Positions 48,732-59,277 of a stretch of 64,000 nt of DNA are shown here, in pieces. Source of the stretch: Planktothrix sp. GU0601_MAG3 (GTDB lineage Bacteria; Cyanobacteriota; Cyanobacteriia; Cyanobacteriales; Microcoleaceae); assembly GCA_035193785.1 (NCBI GenBank), contig CP136572.1, positions 3,284,578 through 3,348,577 on the forward strand. Direction: 5' to 3'. Below the pieces are notes generated by a model. The model was given only the letters and a program-made list of their open reading frames with translations. It had not been told where the DNA came from and ran no database searches. Both the position numbers and the translations under genes were made by a program. Numbering within the stretch: the first letter of the stretch is position 1; each line of letters starts with the position of its first letter.

Positions 48732-48961
48732 ATGCGATTTCCAATCGCCGAATTTCCTCTAATCTCGGCTCTAATCTTGGCGATTGAAATCGCGCCTACA
48801 CAGACAAAACCCGCCTGCGCGGGTTGTAAGAATCTTCGATTGCACATTCTCTGCTCCCTTCTTAGTCCGCGTAGGCGGACTTCGTTTCTGTAGACGCGAT
48901 TTCCAATCGCCGAATTTCCAATCGCCGAATTTCCTATATAAACATTTTTCATAATAAAAAT

Positions 48962-49982
48962 ATGGTTAATACTTTAGAAACAAAACTTAAATCTAATCAA
49001 AAAAATACCCCCCTAATTCGGGTAGAAAACTTACAAAAACACTTTCCCGTCATGGAAGGTATTTTACTACGAAAGCAAGTGGCAACAATTAAAGCCGTTG
49101 ATGGAATTACCTTTAATATTAATAGGGGAGAAACCTTAAGTTTAGTGGGAGAGTCAGGTTGTGGAAAAAGTACAACTGGACGAATGATTTTACAACTTTC
49201 TCGTCCTACGGCGGGAAAAATTTACTTTGAAAATACCGATTTAACTGCTCTAAATTCCAAGGAATTGCAGCCCTTTCGTCGCCGAATGCAAATGATTTTT
49301 CAAGATCCCTATTCGTCTTTAAATCCGCGAATGACTATAGGAAAAATTATTAGTGAACCTTTAATCATTCATCAATTAGCTACAAATACAATAGCTCAAA
49401 ATCGCGTTAAAGAATTATTAGAATTAGTGGGATTAAATGATGATGTTATTAATCGTTATCCCCATGAATTTTCAGGAGGACAACAACAAAGAATTGGAAT
49501 TGCTAGAGCCTTAGCCATGAATCCCGATGTAATTATTTGCGATGAACCGATTGCAGCTTTGGATGTTTCAATTCAAGCCCAAGTAATTAATTTAATGCAA
49601 AATCTACAGCAAACTTTAGGGTTAACCTATCTGTTTATTGCCCATGATTTAAGTATAGTTCGTCATATTTCTGACCGAGTGGCAGTGATGTATTTGGGCA
49701 AAATTGTTGAACTTTCAGATAGGATTTCTTTGTATGAAAATCCGCTCCATCCCTATACCCAAGCCCTACTATCCGCCGTCCCAATTCCTGACCCCGAATT
49801 AGAAGCAAAACGACAACGAATTTTATTAACTGGAGAAGTTCCTAGTCCTGTAAACTCCCCAAAGGGATGTCGATTTTGTAGCCGTTGTCCCTCCGTTATG
49901 GAACAATGTTGGCTGGAAGAAACCCCGATTAAAAAATATGGGTTCAAACCATTCCGTAGCCTGTCATTTGATTAAAGATTAA
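48962..49982 (+). CDS. Oligopeptide ABC ATP-binding protein, OppF-like (tail break at 49919-49923)
   Basis: [25 protein letters not shown]; reconstructed HSVACHL. Confidence 0.92.
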
Positions 49983-50167
49983 TCACAAATTTAATGAATT
50001 TGGCTCTAAATATCCAAGGATTTTAGCAGATTCGATATCTAATAATCCTCAAGAAAATATTAAGTTCCGAGTCGGGTCTGAACAGTCCACACTCCGATCA
50101 AAATTCAAGCTATCATAATTTCAAATCAACCCCTATTGTTTATGGAGGGCCAGGAAACTGGTAAAAC

Positions 50168-51902
50168 GTGCCTATCGAAACGATTTATGGTCAACTGCAA
50201 GGTCTAAAAGCCAGTCAGCTTAAACGGTTGCAAAGCCTGTATCATCAACGATTACCCGGCGATTTGATTACAACCGTAGAATTTGCCCAGCGACTAGCGG
50301 CCATCAGCACAGAAATTGATCAGCCTCTGTGCGCCTATATTAACCGCAGGGGACAGGTAATCCGGGTGGGGGTGGGAACTCCTCGCCAGACTCAAATTCC
50401 CCCCTTAGAACTGCCCCGCTATGGGAATGGACGCCTGAGTGGCATTCGCTGTATTACCACCCAAACTAGCCCGGAACCCCCCAAAGAAGCAGCTTTGACC
50501 GCCATGGCGATTCAACGTTTGGACATTCTGGTGGTTCTCACCCTAACGGGAAGTGGTTTTCAGCGACGGGGAGGGGGTGAAACGGGCTATGTTAAAGACA
50601 CCTATCTGGCTCACCTTGTCCCAGATATGGAGACGGGAAATCATCAACAAATTGATAACGGTTTTTCGGCGATTCCCTATTATTTATCGTTGCCTATGAG
50701 TCTGGATTCCCTATCGCAACAGGATTTTCTCGATTTAGTCAACGAACTGGAAACGGAATTTGAACGGGAATTTGTGGCCCGGGAAGTCGATTCTAGTCAG
50801 GATAAAGTGCTATTAGTGGGGGTGAAAACGGATAAAATATCCCCCCAACGGTTTGAAGATGGGTTAACGGAATTAGTGCGTTTAGTGGATACCGCCGGGG
50901 GTCAGGTGTTACAAACTTTACGCCAAAAGCGATCGCATCCTCACCCCCAAACCGTTGTCGGAGAGGGTAAAGTCCAAGAAATTGCCTTGGTTGCCCAAAC
51001 CATCGGAGCTAATTTAATTGTATTTGACCGCGACCTATCCCCCGCCCAGGTTCGTAACTTAGAAACCCAAATCGGGGTCAGGGTTGTAGACCGAACCGAA
51101 GTTATCCTCGATATTTTTGCCCAACGTGCCCAGTCGGGGGCGGGAAAATTACAGGTGGAATTAGCCCAACTGGAATATAGTTTACCCCGCTTAACGGGTC
51201 GAGGTCGGGCTATGTCTCGCTTAGGGGGTGGCATTGGAACCCGGGGGCCAGGGGAAACCAAACTGGAAACCGAACGCAGGGCTATCCAACGCCGCATCTC
51301 CCGGCTCCAACAGGAAGTCAATCAACTGCAAGCCCATCGTTCTCGGCTGCGCCAAAATCGTCAAGTTCGAGAGGTTTCCGACCTTAGCGTTAGTCGGCTA
51401 TACCAATGCTGGAAAGTCAACCTTATTGAACGTTTTAACCCAGTCGGAAGTCTATACGGCTGACCAACTGTTTGCTACCCTTGACCCCACAACTCGCCGT
51501 TTAGAGATTCCTGATACGATAACGGAGGAGCCTTTGACGGTGGTAATCACAGATACAGTCGGATTTATCCATGAACTTCCGCCTCCTTTAGTTAATGCGT
51601 TTCGAGCTACTTTAGAGGAGGTAACAGACGCGGATGCCTTAATTCATTTAGTGGATTTGTCCCATCCCGCTTGGGAAAGTCAAATTGAGTCGGTAATGCA
51701 GATTTTAAGGGAAATGCCGGTCACTCCTGGCCCGGGATTATTAGCGTTTAATAAAATTGATCAAACTGATGGGGAAAATTTACGATTAGCGCAGGAAAAA
51801 TACCCCCAAGCGGTTTATATTTCTGCTTCTAAAGCGTTAGGTTTAGAAACCCTGAGAAAACGCATGGCGGCTTTAGTCCATTATGCAATTTCTAATCGTT
51901 AA
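50168..51902 (+). CDS. hflX: GTPase HflX, long cyanobacterial form (break at 51374-51378)
   Basis: ILDIFAQRA, GTRGPGETKLE, GYTNAGKS, LFATLD, DTVG, NKID. Confidence 0.95.
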
Positions 51903-52104
51903 AATCTGGGGATAGAAACTAGATGTTCTGAATAAAGGTGCAAAACCTCCCACAGCCCATTAAGTTCCCTGTACCCGGAAATAAATTTCGGGCTGTAGAG
52001 ACGTGCCATGGCGCGTCTCTCTACTGAAATTTATTTCAAGGCTTAAAGCTAAAATTTACACCAATAAGGCAGATCTCGACCCTACGATGAATTACATTTT
52101 TATA

Positions 52105-52229
52105 ACGGATTTAAAGTTTCTATAAATTTGCGATCGCTTAAATTCTTAAATAGTTTATCTGATCGGGAAAGAGAAAAAATTAGGCAGAAATTCAAAGAGT
52201 TAGTTTCTGCTATTGAAAGGTGTCTATAA
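52105..52229 (+). pseudogene. Possible RelE/ParE toxin N-terminal remnant
   Basis: FKVSINLRSLKFLNSLSDREREKIRQKFKELV with no intact start codon and an early stop. Confidence 0.35.
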
Positions 52230-52374
52230 GTAGGTTTATGGGTGAGAAATCACATTCTTCAAAAAAATTATATAATAAACAATAACTCAATTCAAAAGCC
52301 ATTTATTAACGTTACCGATATTCGCAATCAAGTTAATATTAATAATTTTGAATAGCATCTCATTAAAATTTAGT

Positions 52375-53148
52375 TTATGCTTCATTTGACTGTGAACTAT
52401 TTGTTATTTCAAGTACGTCAATCACTACTTTTGCCGCCTCCATCAAACCTTTTGTGAAAGGAGCATATCCAGTTGAACAACAAGTTTTAATAATGTCTAA
52501 ATTAATCTGAAATGCTAGTTTCCATCGAATTTGAAGGGGTCGTTGATTGCTACTAACATCTAAGAGATAAGTTGATTTGGCGATCGCTGTTTCTAAAACA
52601 TTCTTGATCTCATCTAAGGTTTCTATATTCTCCAGTTGTTCAATTTCTACATCTAAAATATTTGAAACAGTTTGAATATCAGCCAACAACCACGCCTCAA
52701 AATTCTTAATTGCTAAACCTCCAGCACTGCGCTCATTAATCGGTTGATCATTAACATCTAAATGATTATCACGAATTCTATTTAAAGCACGTTCTAAGTC
52801 AATCTGTCTTTGAGGTAGTTTATCATCCCCATCAGCCACAATCAGGATTAGATCTACCTCCTCTGGTTTCCAAGAAATTACTACCTGTGCTAAATATTTT
52901 GGGTCTAAAATTGAATGTCCAGTACGCAGTTTACAGACTCGACTTTCATTAATTGATGGGTGTCTTTGTACAAAATCACAATCAGGTAATCCCGCACTTT
53001 TGAGTTCTCGTCTAATTAAAGTATGAAGTGCTCCTTCTTTATCCTTTTCAATAATTTTTCCACCGTCTTCTGGTTTAATATAAGGAATACTTGCGCCTAA
53101 TTCTGCTTCCCCTTCAGCAATTAATCCAATCCGAATTGGACGACTCAT
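52375..53148 (-). CDS. DUF4276/TOPRIM-like protein
   Basis: IGLIAEG, LIVADGD (DxD), FEAWLLAD; ATGA overlap with the upstream ATPase. Confidence 0.65.
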   Translation of the reverse strand: MSRPIRIGLIAEGEAELGASIPYIKPEDGGKIIEKDKEGALHTLIRRELKSAGLPDCDFVQRHPSINESRVCKLRTGHSILDPKYLAQVVISWKPEEVDLILIVADGDDKLPQRQIDLERALNRIRDNHLDVNDQPINERSAGGLAIKNFEAWLLADIQTVSNILDVEIEQLENIETLDEIKNVLETAIAKSTYLLDVSSNQRPLQIRWKLAFQINLDIIKTCCSTGYAPFTKGLMEAAKVVIDVLEITNSSQSNEA

Positions 53149-54278
53149 GCAGGATTTCCTCCAAATACATTGGTAAACCAAAGTTCACCTAAAGCACCAT
53201 CATAAGCTTCCAGTGCTTTTTGAAAACGCACAGAATCTATGGGTAAACTATGAACTTGAGTTTTACCTTCTTGATCAAGTTCAACAGCACGAACTTGATA
53301 AGGCTCAACATAATTTAACAGGACAGGAGAATGGGTTGTAATTAAAACTTGAACAGGTTTACCCGCTATTCCTTCTGTTGATACTATTTTCAATAATTCC
53401 ATCATTTTATGCAGTAACCAGGGATGAACTCCGTTCTCTATTTCTTCAAAACAAAGAATACTCGGAGTGTCTTCTTGATAAAGTGCAGTTAGGAAAGCGA
53501 GGATTCTCAGTGTTCCATCGGATATGTCAGAAGCTGGGATATGATGTTCTGAATATCTATCTACTAATTCCAGCAAAAAGGTTTGATTATTTTTACGAGG
53601 TAATGTAATTCTTTGTATATTCGGAACAAGTTGTGTTAAACGTTCCTCTAATTCATCAAACTTTTTACGATTAGCGTGCAAAATATCAACTAGAGCATAA
53701 ACAATCCCTTGCCCTGTCCTTTCCATACTACCGTTTGATGAGCCATTATTGGATAAGTAAACTGGGGAAAAATCGTAAATACTCACCTTTCTTAAGGCAT
53801 TGGCAACCAAAGAATCGGGGTATTGATTAGAAACCAAAAATTGTCTGAGTTCAGAAGTAAACTTACTTATTTTATTACAAGTTTGTTTAATATTTCCTAT
53901 AGAAACTTTTTGCTGAAGATAATCAAGATGAACTAATAGATCTGAAAATATTTTAATTTCTTCATAAGAATTGTTTTCTGTTGTAAGATGGGTACTCACT
54001 TCAAATAACATTGAATCTAATTTTCCATGCCAAAATTTAGATTCAAAACTCTGTTGATTTTTACTGACAATTGTTAAAGAATTAGCAAACAAAGGTATTA
54101 TTTCTGTAACATTCGTAGCAGCTACCACCTTTTGGAGAAAATCAGATAATACAGCTAAAGATTCACAAATATTTGATTTTCCCGAACCATTCGGCCCAAT
54201 AAAGACAGTTAAGGGTTCTAAATCAACTTCTGTATCAAAGAGGCTTTTATAGTGCTGAACTCGTAGTTTAGATAACAT
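53145..54278 (-). CDS. ABC/AAA_21-type ATPase
   Basis: YKSL, GPNGSGKSN, ISDGT, FEEIENGVHP, ITTHSP. Confidence 0.88.
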   Translation of the reverse strand: MLSKLRVQHYKSLFDTEVDLEPLTVFIGPNGSGKSNICESLAVLSDFLQKVVAATNVTEIIPLFANSLTIVSKNQQSFESKFWHGKLDSMLFEVSTHLTTENNSYEEIKIFSDLLVHLDYLQQKVSIGNIKQTCNKISKFTSELRQFLVSNQYPDSLVANALRKVSIYDFSPVYLSNNGSSNGSMERTGQGIVYALVDILHANRKKFDELEERLTQLVPNIQRITLPRKNNQTFLLELVDRYSEHHIPASDISDGTLRILAFLTALYQEDTPSILCFEEIENGVHPWLLHKMMELLKIVSTEGIAGKPVQVLITTHSPVLLNYVEPYQVRAVELDQEGKTQVHSLPIDSVRFQKALEAYDGALGELWFTNVFGGNPA

Positions 54279-54490
54279 CTCTTTTAGAGTAAGCAGATTT
54301 ATTTATTATATAACAACATTAAACACTTTGTAAAACAAAAACTTTTGTTCACGCAAAGGATGTTTACCTACCATACCCTATGCAATCTCATACCGCTATA
54401 ATGCTCAGGTTTGGTTAACTGCGATCGCTCCTGTTGAAACCGGGTTTCTCAACGAATCAGAAACCCGGTTTCTTGATTTTTAAGACAATT

Positions 54491-55842
54491 TTAAACCGTA
54501 CAAATTTCGGTTAACGTAGTCACAAAATTCGGGTAAGAAATTCCGGCGGCTTCGGCACGGTGAATCGTGGTTTTTCCTTGACAATTCAAAGCGGCGATCG
54601 CTAAACTCATGGCAATGCGATGATCCGTGTCGCTATCAACTTCAGTCCCCGTTAAAGGGAAACCCCCAGTGATTTCTAAGCCGTCGGGACGTTCCCTAAT
54701 CCTAGCTCCCAATTGACTCATTTGAGTTGCCATTACCGTAATCCGATCGCTTTCTTTTACCCTTAATTCTTCCGCATCTCTAATAATAGTTGTTCCTTCA
54801 GCAAAAGCCGCAGCCACCGCCAAAATCGGAATTTCATCAATTAATCGGGGAATAATATCCCCGCCAATTTCACAGGCTTTTAACGCGCCATATTTCACTC
54901 GAATATCCGCCACCGGTTCCCCCGCCACAGTCCGTTCATTCTCTAATTGTAAATTCGCCCCCATTTTTTCTAAGGCTTCTAAAATCCCGGTGCGAGTTGG
55001 GTTAACTCCCACATTTTCTACTACTAATTCCGACCCCGGAACAATAGCCGCCGCCACTAACCAAAACGCCGCCGAACTAATATCCCCCGGAACCACAACG
55101 TGCTGACCGTGTAGTTCTGCTGGCCCTTTAACCGTTACACTAAAGGTATCCGGTTCAACGGTTAAATTCGCGCCAAAGGCCCTTAACATTCGTTCACTGT
55201 GATCCCGGGATAGGGCGGGTTCGGTGACGGTGGTTTCTCCTTCGGTCATCAACGCGGCTAACAGAATACAGGATTTCACCTGGGCTGAAGCAATGGGGGA
55301 AACATAATGAATCGGGCGCAGGGCTTGACCCTGAACCGCTAGGGGCGCATAAGACCCCCCTTGACGGCCCCAAATAGTCGCTCCCATCTGTTGTAAAGGT
55401 TTAGTTACCCGGGACATGGGGCGACGTACTAGGGAAAACTATCCCCGGTAACACTAAAAAATCGTCCGGGGTGGGAGGCGAGTATTCCTAACATTAACCG
55501 TAGGGTTGTACCGGAATTGCCCGCGTCTAAGACTTCCAGGGGTTCCTGAAGATTACCCAGTCCAATGCCTTTGACTTCTACCCGTTCGGAATTTAACTCG
55601 GAAATTTCCGCCCCCATCCGAGAAAAACATTCGGCGGTGCTCCGGGGGTCTGCCCCTAACAATAACCCTTCGATGGTAGTGACACCCTGGGCTAAGGCTC
55701 CTAACATTAAGGCGCGATGGGAAATCGATTTATCCCCAGGAATGCGAATGCGACCTTGTAAGGATAATCCCGATTTGGGGGGGTGTATTGTTAATATTTG
55801 CTCAGTTTCTGTATTTTCTGTTGTTACGATAGTCTCTTGCAT
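54491..55842 (-). CDS. aroA: EPSP synthase (+2 break at 55434-55439)
   Basis: [39 protein letters not shown]. Confidence 0.96.
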
Positions 55843-55949
55843 TTTATGATCTTAGATTAGGTCACCTATGGCTAAAGGTGATCCTACCGCTTTCTCGACT
55901 CTAAGCAAATTGGAAACGTCGAGAATTTTACCTAATTATGAGATGAGTT

Positions 55950-56435
55950 ATGTTAACACACTATCGCGTCCCCGTGAGTCTGTCTTTAGTTGCCATAGAC
56001 TTACCCCTTCGCTCTTTAATTGAGGGGTCAGCAACCCTCTATCAGAAGGAGCGTGATCAGTTCCATTTATTGTTACACGAACCAGCGTTAGTGGAATGGG
56101 AGCCTGATATTTTGCCCCTAGAAACGGCACACCCGCCCCAGAAACCCCGTCTATTGTGGCTGGAGGTGTCTCCCTATCGGGCGGTGATGACAATGCAGGG
56201 ACAGGGAAAATATAGTTATCGTCATTTGTGGCAACAGGGAATGTATGGCTTGAGTCGCTATTATTTACAAACGGATTTACAAGCGATGGCTGGTCAATTG
56301 CGTCTGCGTAATTTTACTCGCAAGTTGGAATTGGTCGGACATCCTCTACCTGAATATGTGCGTTTAGAATACGAACTTTGGTCAGAAAATTTACAAATGG
56401 GTCGTTATGTTTTAAGTTTAGAAATTCATCATTAG
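55950..56435 (+). CDS. Hypothetical protein
   Basis: Intact 161-aa ORF with ATG, divergent from aroA. Confidence 0.65.
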   Translation: MLTHYRVPVSLSLVAIDLPLRSLIEGSATLYQKERDQFHLLLHEPALVEWEPDILPLETAHPPQKPRLLWLEVSPYRAVMTMQGQGKYSYRHLWQQGMYGLSRYYLQTDLQAMAGQLRLRNFTRKLELVGHPLPEYVRLEYELWSENLQMGRYVLSLEIHH

Positions 56436-56504
56436 GGGTTGATAGTTGGTTAGTAAGAGAAAATAAGCTGTTTCTGGTATTTCCGTTGGCTTCTAAAGTG
56501 AGAT

Positions 56505-56999
56505 TTACGGCTTTTTACTGGGGCAATAATTTACTAATTCTTTGAATAATACCTCATTATTGGCAGCAATTTGTTTGGCTTTTTCTCCATTTTCTTTGAC
56601 ATTTTCTTGAGCCTCTAATAGTTGTTTTTTCCCTTCTGGAGTAACGGGGGCTTTCTCCGCAATGGTTAGGGCTTCAGCGATTTGTTTGAGACTATTGGAG
56701 AGGTCTTTAAACTGTTTGGTTGAGTTTTTTTGAAAGGTTTGTAGGGATTGATCTTTAATGGTTAGGGTTTCTATCTCCTTGGCAATACTGTTTAATTCTT
56801 GAGACAGTTGTTGTGTAGTTTTCCCATCTAATTTAGGACTGAGGTTAACTACTAGGGTTTGACCTTCATTGATCATATCGATTAGTTTGATGCAGTCGGC
56901 GGGTTTACTGCTACAACTGTTTAGGGAAAATGCGATCGCAACAACGGTTATGATCTTCGATAAATAGGGGTTAAAACGCAATCCTTCAGAATATTTCAC
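56505..56999 (-). CDS. Putative helical lipoprotein
   Basis: Hydrophobic leader ending LNSC; coiled-coil body; paired Cys. Confidence 0.6.
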   Translation of the reverse strand: MKYSEGLRFNPYLSKIITVVAIAFSLNSCSSKPADCIKLIDMINEGQTLVVNLSPKLDGKTTQQLSQELNSIAKEIETLTIKDQSLQTFQKNSTKQFKDLSNSLKQIAEALTIAEKAPVTPEGKKQLLEAQENVKENGEKAKQIAANNEVLFKELVNYCPSKKP

Positions 57000-57133
57000 A
57001 ATAGTTTAAGATGTTTAGCTTTAATTACTGTCAGGTATTTGGGATAAAAAATCAAGAGTTATTTTTAAGATAATCGGATATCGAGGTTAACCGAGACGCA
57101 GAATAATAATGGTATTGATCAAAAATGCCATTA

Positions 57134-57617
57134 TTAATTATTTTCTTTTTCCTCTGTGTCTAAATTTTTGGATAATTCCATAAATTCTGATGTAGGAATC
57201 CGTAGATTGATTTGAAATACAATTTGATCTCGTTCAACATTAACGGTAGCAATATTCACGATACTTTTTTCAGGTAATATGCTATTAATCGGGATTTGAG
57301 GAGATATACATTTATAGCCGGATTGCTCTAACCAGTCAGTAATATTGCGCCAATTTTCTATTTTCTCATCCGTTTTATCTAAAAGAAACTTCACATATTT
57401 ATACACTGTAGTACAAAGATCCGTTTCTACACCCCTTGAAGTTTTGCCCAGTTGTTTCTGCAATCTCCGAAGGACTATAACCACAGAGTAATCCCCTTAA
57501 GTGTAATTTTTCAACAGGAGTTAAGTGTTTTCCCTTAGCTGAGGCAAGATCTTTATACAAGGTTTCCAAGTCCCAATATTTTGCAACTTGGCTAAACAGT
57601 TCATTAGGATTTTCCAT
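57134..57617 (-). CDS. Stand-alone HTH protein resembling the N-terminal HTH of cyanobacterial AAA/NB-ARC proteins (break at 57454-57458)
   Basis: LTPVEKLHLRGLLCGYSPSEIAEQLG..V..DL..VYKYVK..NW. Confidence 0.7.
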
Positions 57618-57740
57618 GGGACTCTGTAAAAAAAAACACTAACTGGATTCTAACATTACTTCTAACGTTTGTCAGTAGATTATTAACTCAAAGTGCATTA
57701 TTCTAAAAAATATAAAGTACATCCAAATCACTATTTATCT

Positions 57741-58094
57741 ATGTCAACATTTGGATTTGATCAAATCAAAACAGCTTTAAGTCAAGCACTCGAAGGGTTA
57801 TCCGATTGGAGTTCATTAAACCGTTTTGATAAAGGTAAAGTTATCGATAAAACGTTTAAATCTCTCATGAGAGATTTAATGAAACAGTTTGGAATGGAAC
57901 CCGGTGTAGACTATGTTGACAATTTAAGTGACAATGCAAGAAGTGCAGATTTTGTTGCTTTATCTCAACAAGCAGATGAATTAATTAGAGGATTACTTGA
58001 CGGTAAAATCATTGCAATTTCTGGGCATAGTAGAATTAGTAAGTTAGGAAATGAGTTTAAAGTTCAAGCTCATTTTCGCAAAAAGGTAGCTTAA
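57741..58094 (+). CDS. Hypothetical protein
   Basis: ATG 57741, 117 aa, basic C-terminal tail HSRISKLG..VQAHFRKK. Confidence 0.65.
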   Translation: MSTFGFDQIKTALSQALEGLSDWSSLNRFDKGKVIDKTFKSLMRDLMKQFGMEPGVDYVDNLSDNARSADFVALSQQADELIRGLLDGKIIAISGHSRISKLGNEFKVQAHFRKKVA

Positions 58095-58242
58095 AAAAAT
58101 TTCTAGTTGTGTAAAATTATGTGAGGTATTGATGGTTATATTTTATATAATTATTTGTACCTCAGAAAATTTGAAGCCGCTATAATATTGTCTACTTTTT
58201 ATCTTCAATCAAATCTTATCCTATTTACTTGAGGTAAAGTCA

Positions 58243-58581
58243 ATGAAACCTGTATATTTTAAAGATGGAAATTACATTTATGAGTGTAAATCTTCTCCTG
58301 AACAACAAGGTGGCCCTCTTAATACTAGAAGCCTGGAAATATGGACAGAAGATGTTAAAGCATTATTGAAGGAGCAGCAACCTACAGCGTTTCGTTACAT
58401 CTTTCCAGTGAATCGTGTTGACAATAGTAATAGAATCATTTTAGAAAAACTAAAAAAAGATTGTAGTAATGTTGATATACAATACTATGACTGTGATTCA
58501 GTAGATAATCTAATTAAAGCTTTGCAAAAAGTAAATAGCTTACCAGGGTTAGTTGAATATATCAAGCAAGCAAGGAAATAA
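58243..58581 (+). CDS. Hypothetical protein with ExK motif (PD-(D/E)xK-like C-half)
   Basis: GAGGT RBS; KDGNYIYECKSS, FRYIFP, IQYYD. Confidence 0.6.
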   Translation: MKPVYFKDGNYIYECKSSPEQQGGPLNTRSLEIWTEDVKALLKEQQPTAFRYIFPVNRVDNSNRIILEKLKKDCSNVDIQYYDCDSVDNLIKALQKVNSLPGLVEYIKQARK

Positions 58582-58585
58582 AAAA

Positions 58586-59066
58586 ATGACTCAATGTCTT
58601 CATTTCTTGAAAATTCAGTTTTTTACTGAACAATTCACTCAATCTATCGAATTCGATGATATTCTGAAAATGCTCAAGGTGCTTCTTGAAAATAAAAATT
58701 CATCACAGATTGAAGATTTAGATTCGCTTTTTGTTACTATAGATACAAAACTTTCGTCTATCTCCGCTTATGACAAAATAGAGAAATATTTCAGTACGGG
58801 TTTCTCAAATTCAGTTACATAAAGATTCGGGATATTACTTAGTTAATAAAGAACTATGGGAATCTATTAAAGATATCATCTTTGAACAGTCAAGAAAAGA
58901 GTTTGATGAGTTAAACAAATCTGCTAATCCAAAAGGTAAAAAATCCCAATCTAGTGCAGATAGTAGTAAAAATGATTTTCATAAAATATATGAAGATTAT
59001 TTCAAAGATTTAGCATTATTAGAAACTTGGTATAACAAAAAAATGCTAATAGTAGAGGTTTCTTAA
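58586..59066 (+). CDS. Hypothetical protein (break at 58800-58804)
   Basis: Removing one T at GTTTC extends the ORF from 58822 to TAA 59064-59066. Confidence 0.6.
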
Positions 59067-59277
59067 CTCTTTAAGCAGACTTCAAGAAAATAGTGATCAA
59101 TACTAGAAGATAAATTAGGATAAAAAAACTTTAGGGAGACAGCAATAACGTCTCCCTGTATGAGTTGTGGAATTTAAACGATGTATTGGAAGGATAGCGA
59201 TCGCACATTCTCCTATTAATATTAATTTTAGTGAAATGGTGCGTGCATTGAAATACCCGCACCCTACTTTAATGGGT

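Larger units (their letters stand above)
47837..48933. mobile_element. REPtron-like unit: Y1-HUH gene flanked by five ~49-bp REP-like units
   Basis: Units at 47837(+), 48204(-), 48702(+), 48778(-), 48863(+), each with hairpin AGTCCGC-GYAG-GCGGACT or AACCCGC-CTGC-GCGGGTT plus GTAGACGCGATTT(C)CAATCGCCG. Confidence 0.75.

Noticed and set aside
48653..48952. 99-aa minus-strand ORF
   Set aside because: It is a translation of REP repeats (GNSAIGNR..)
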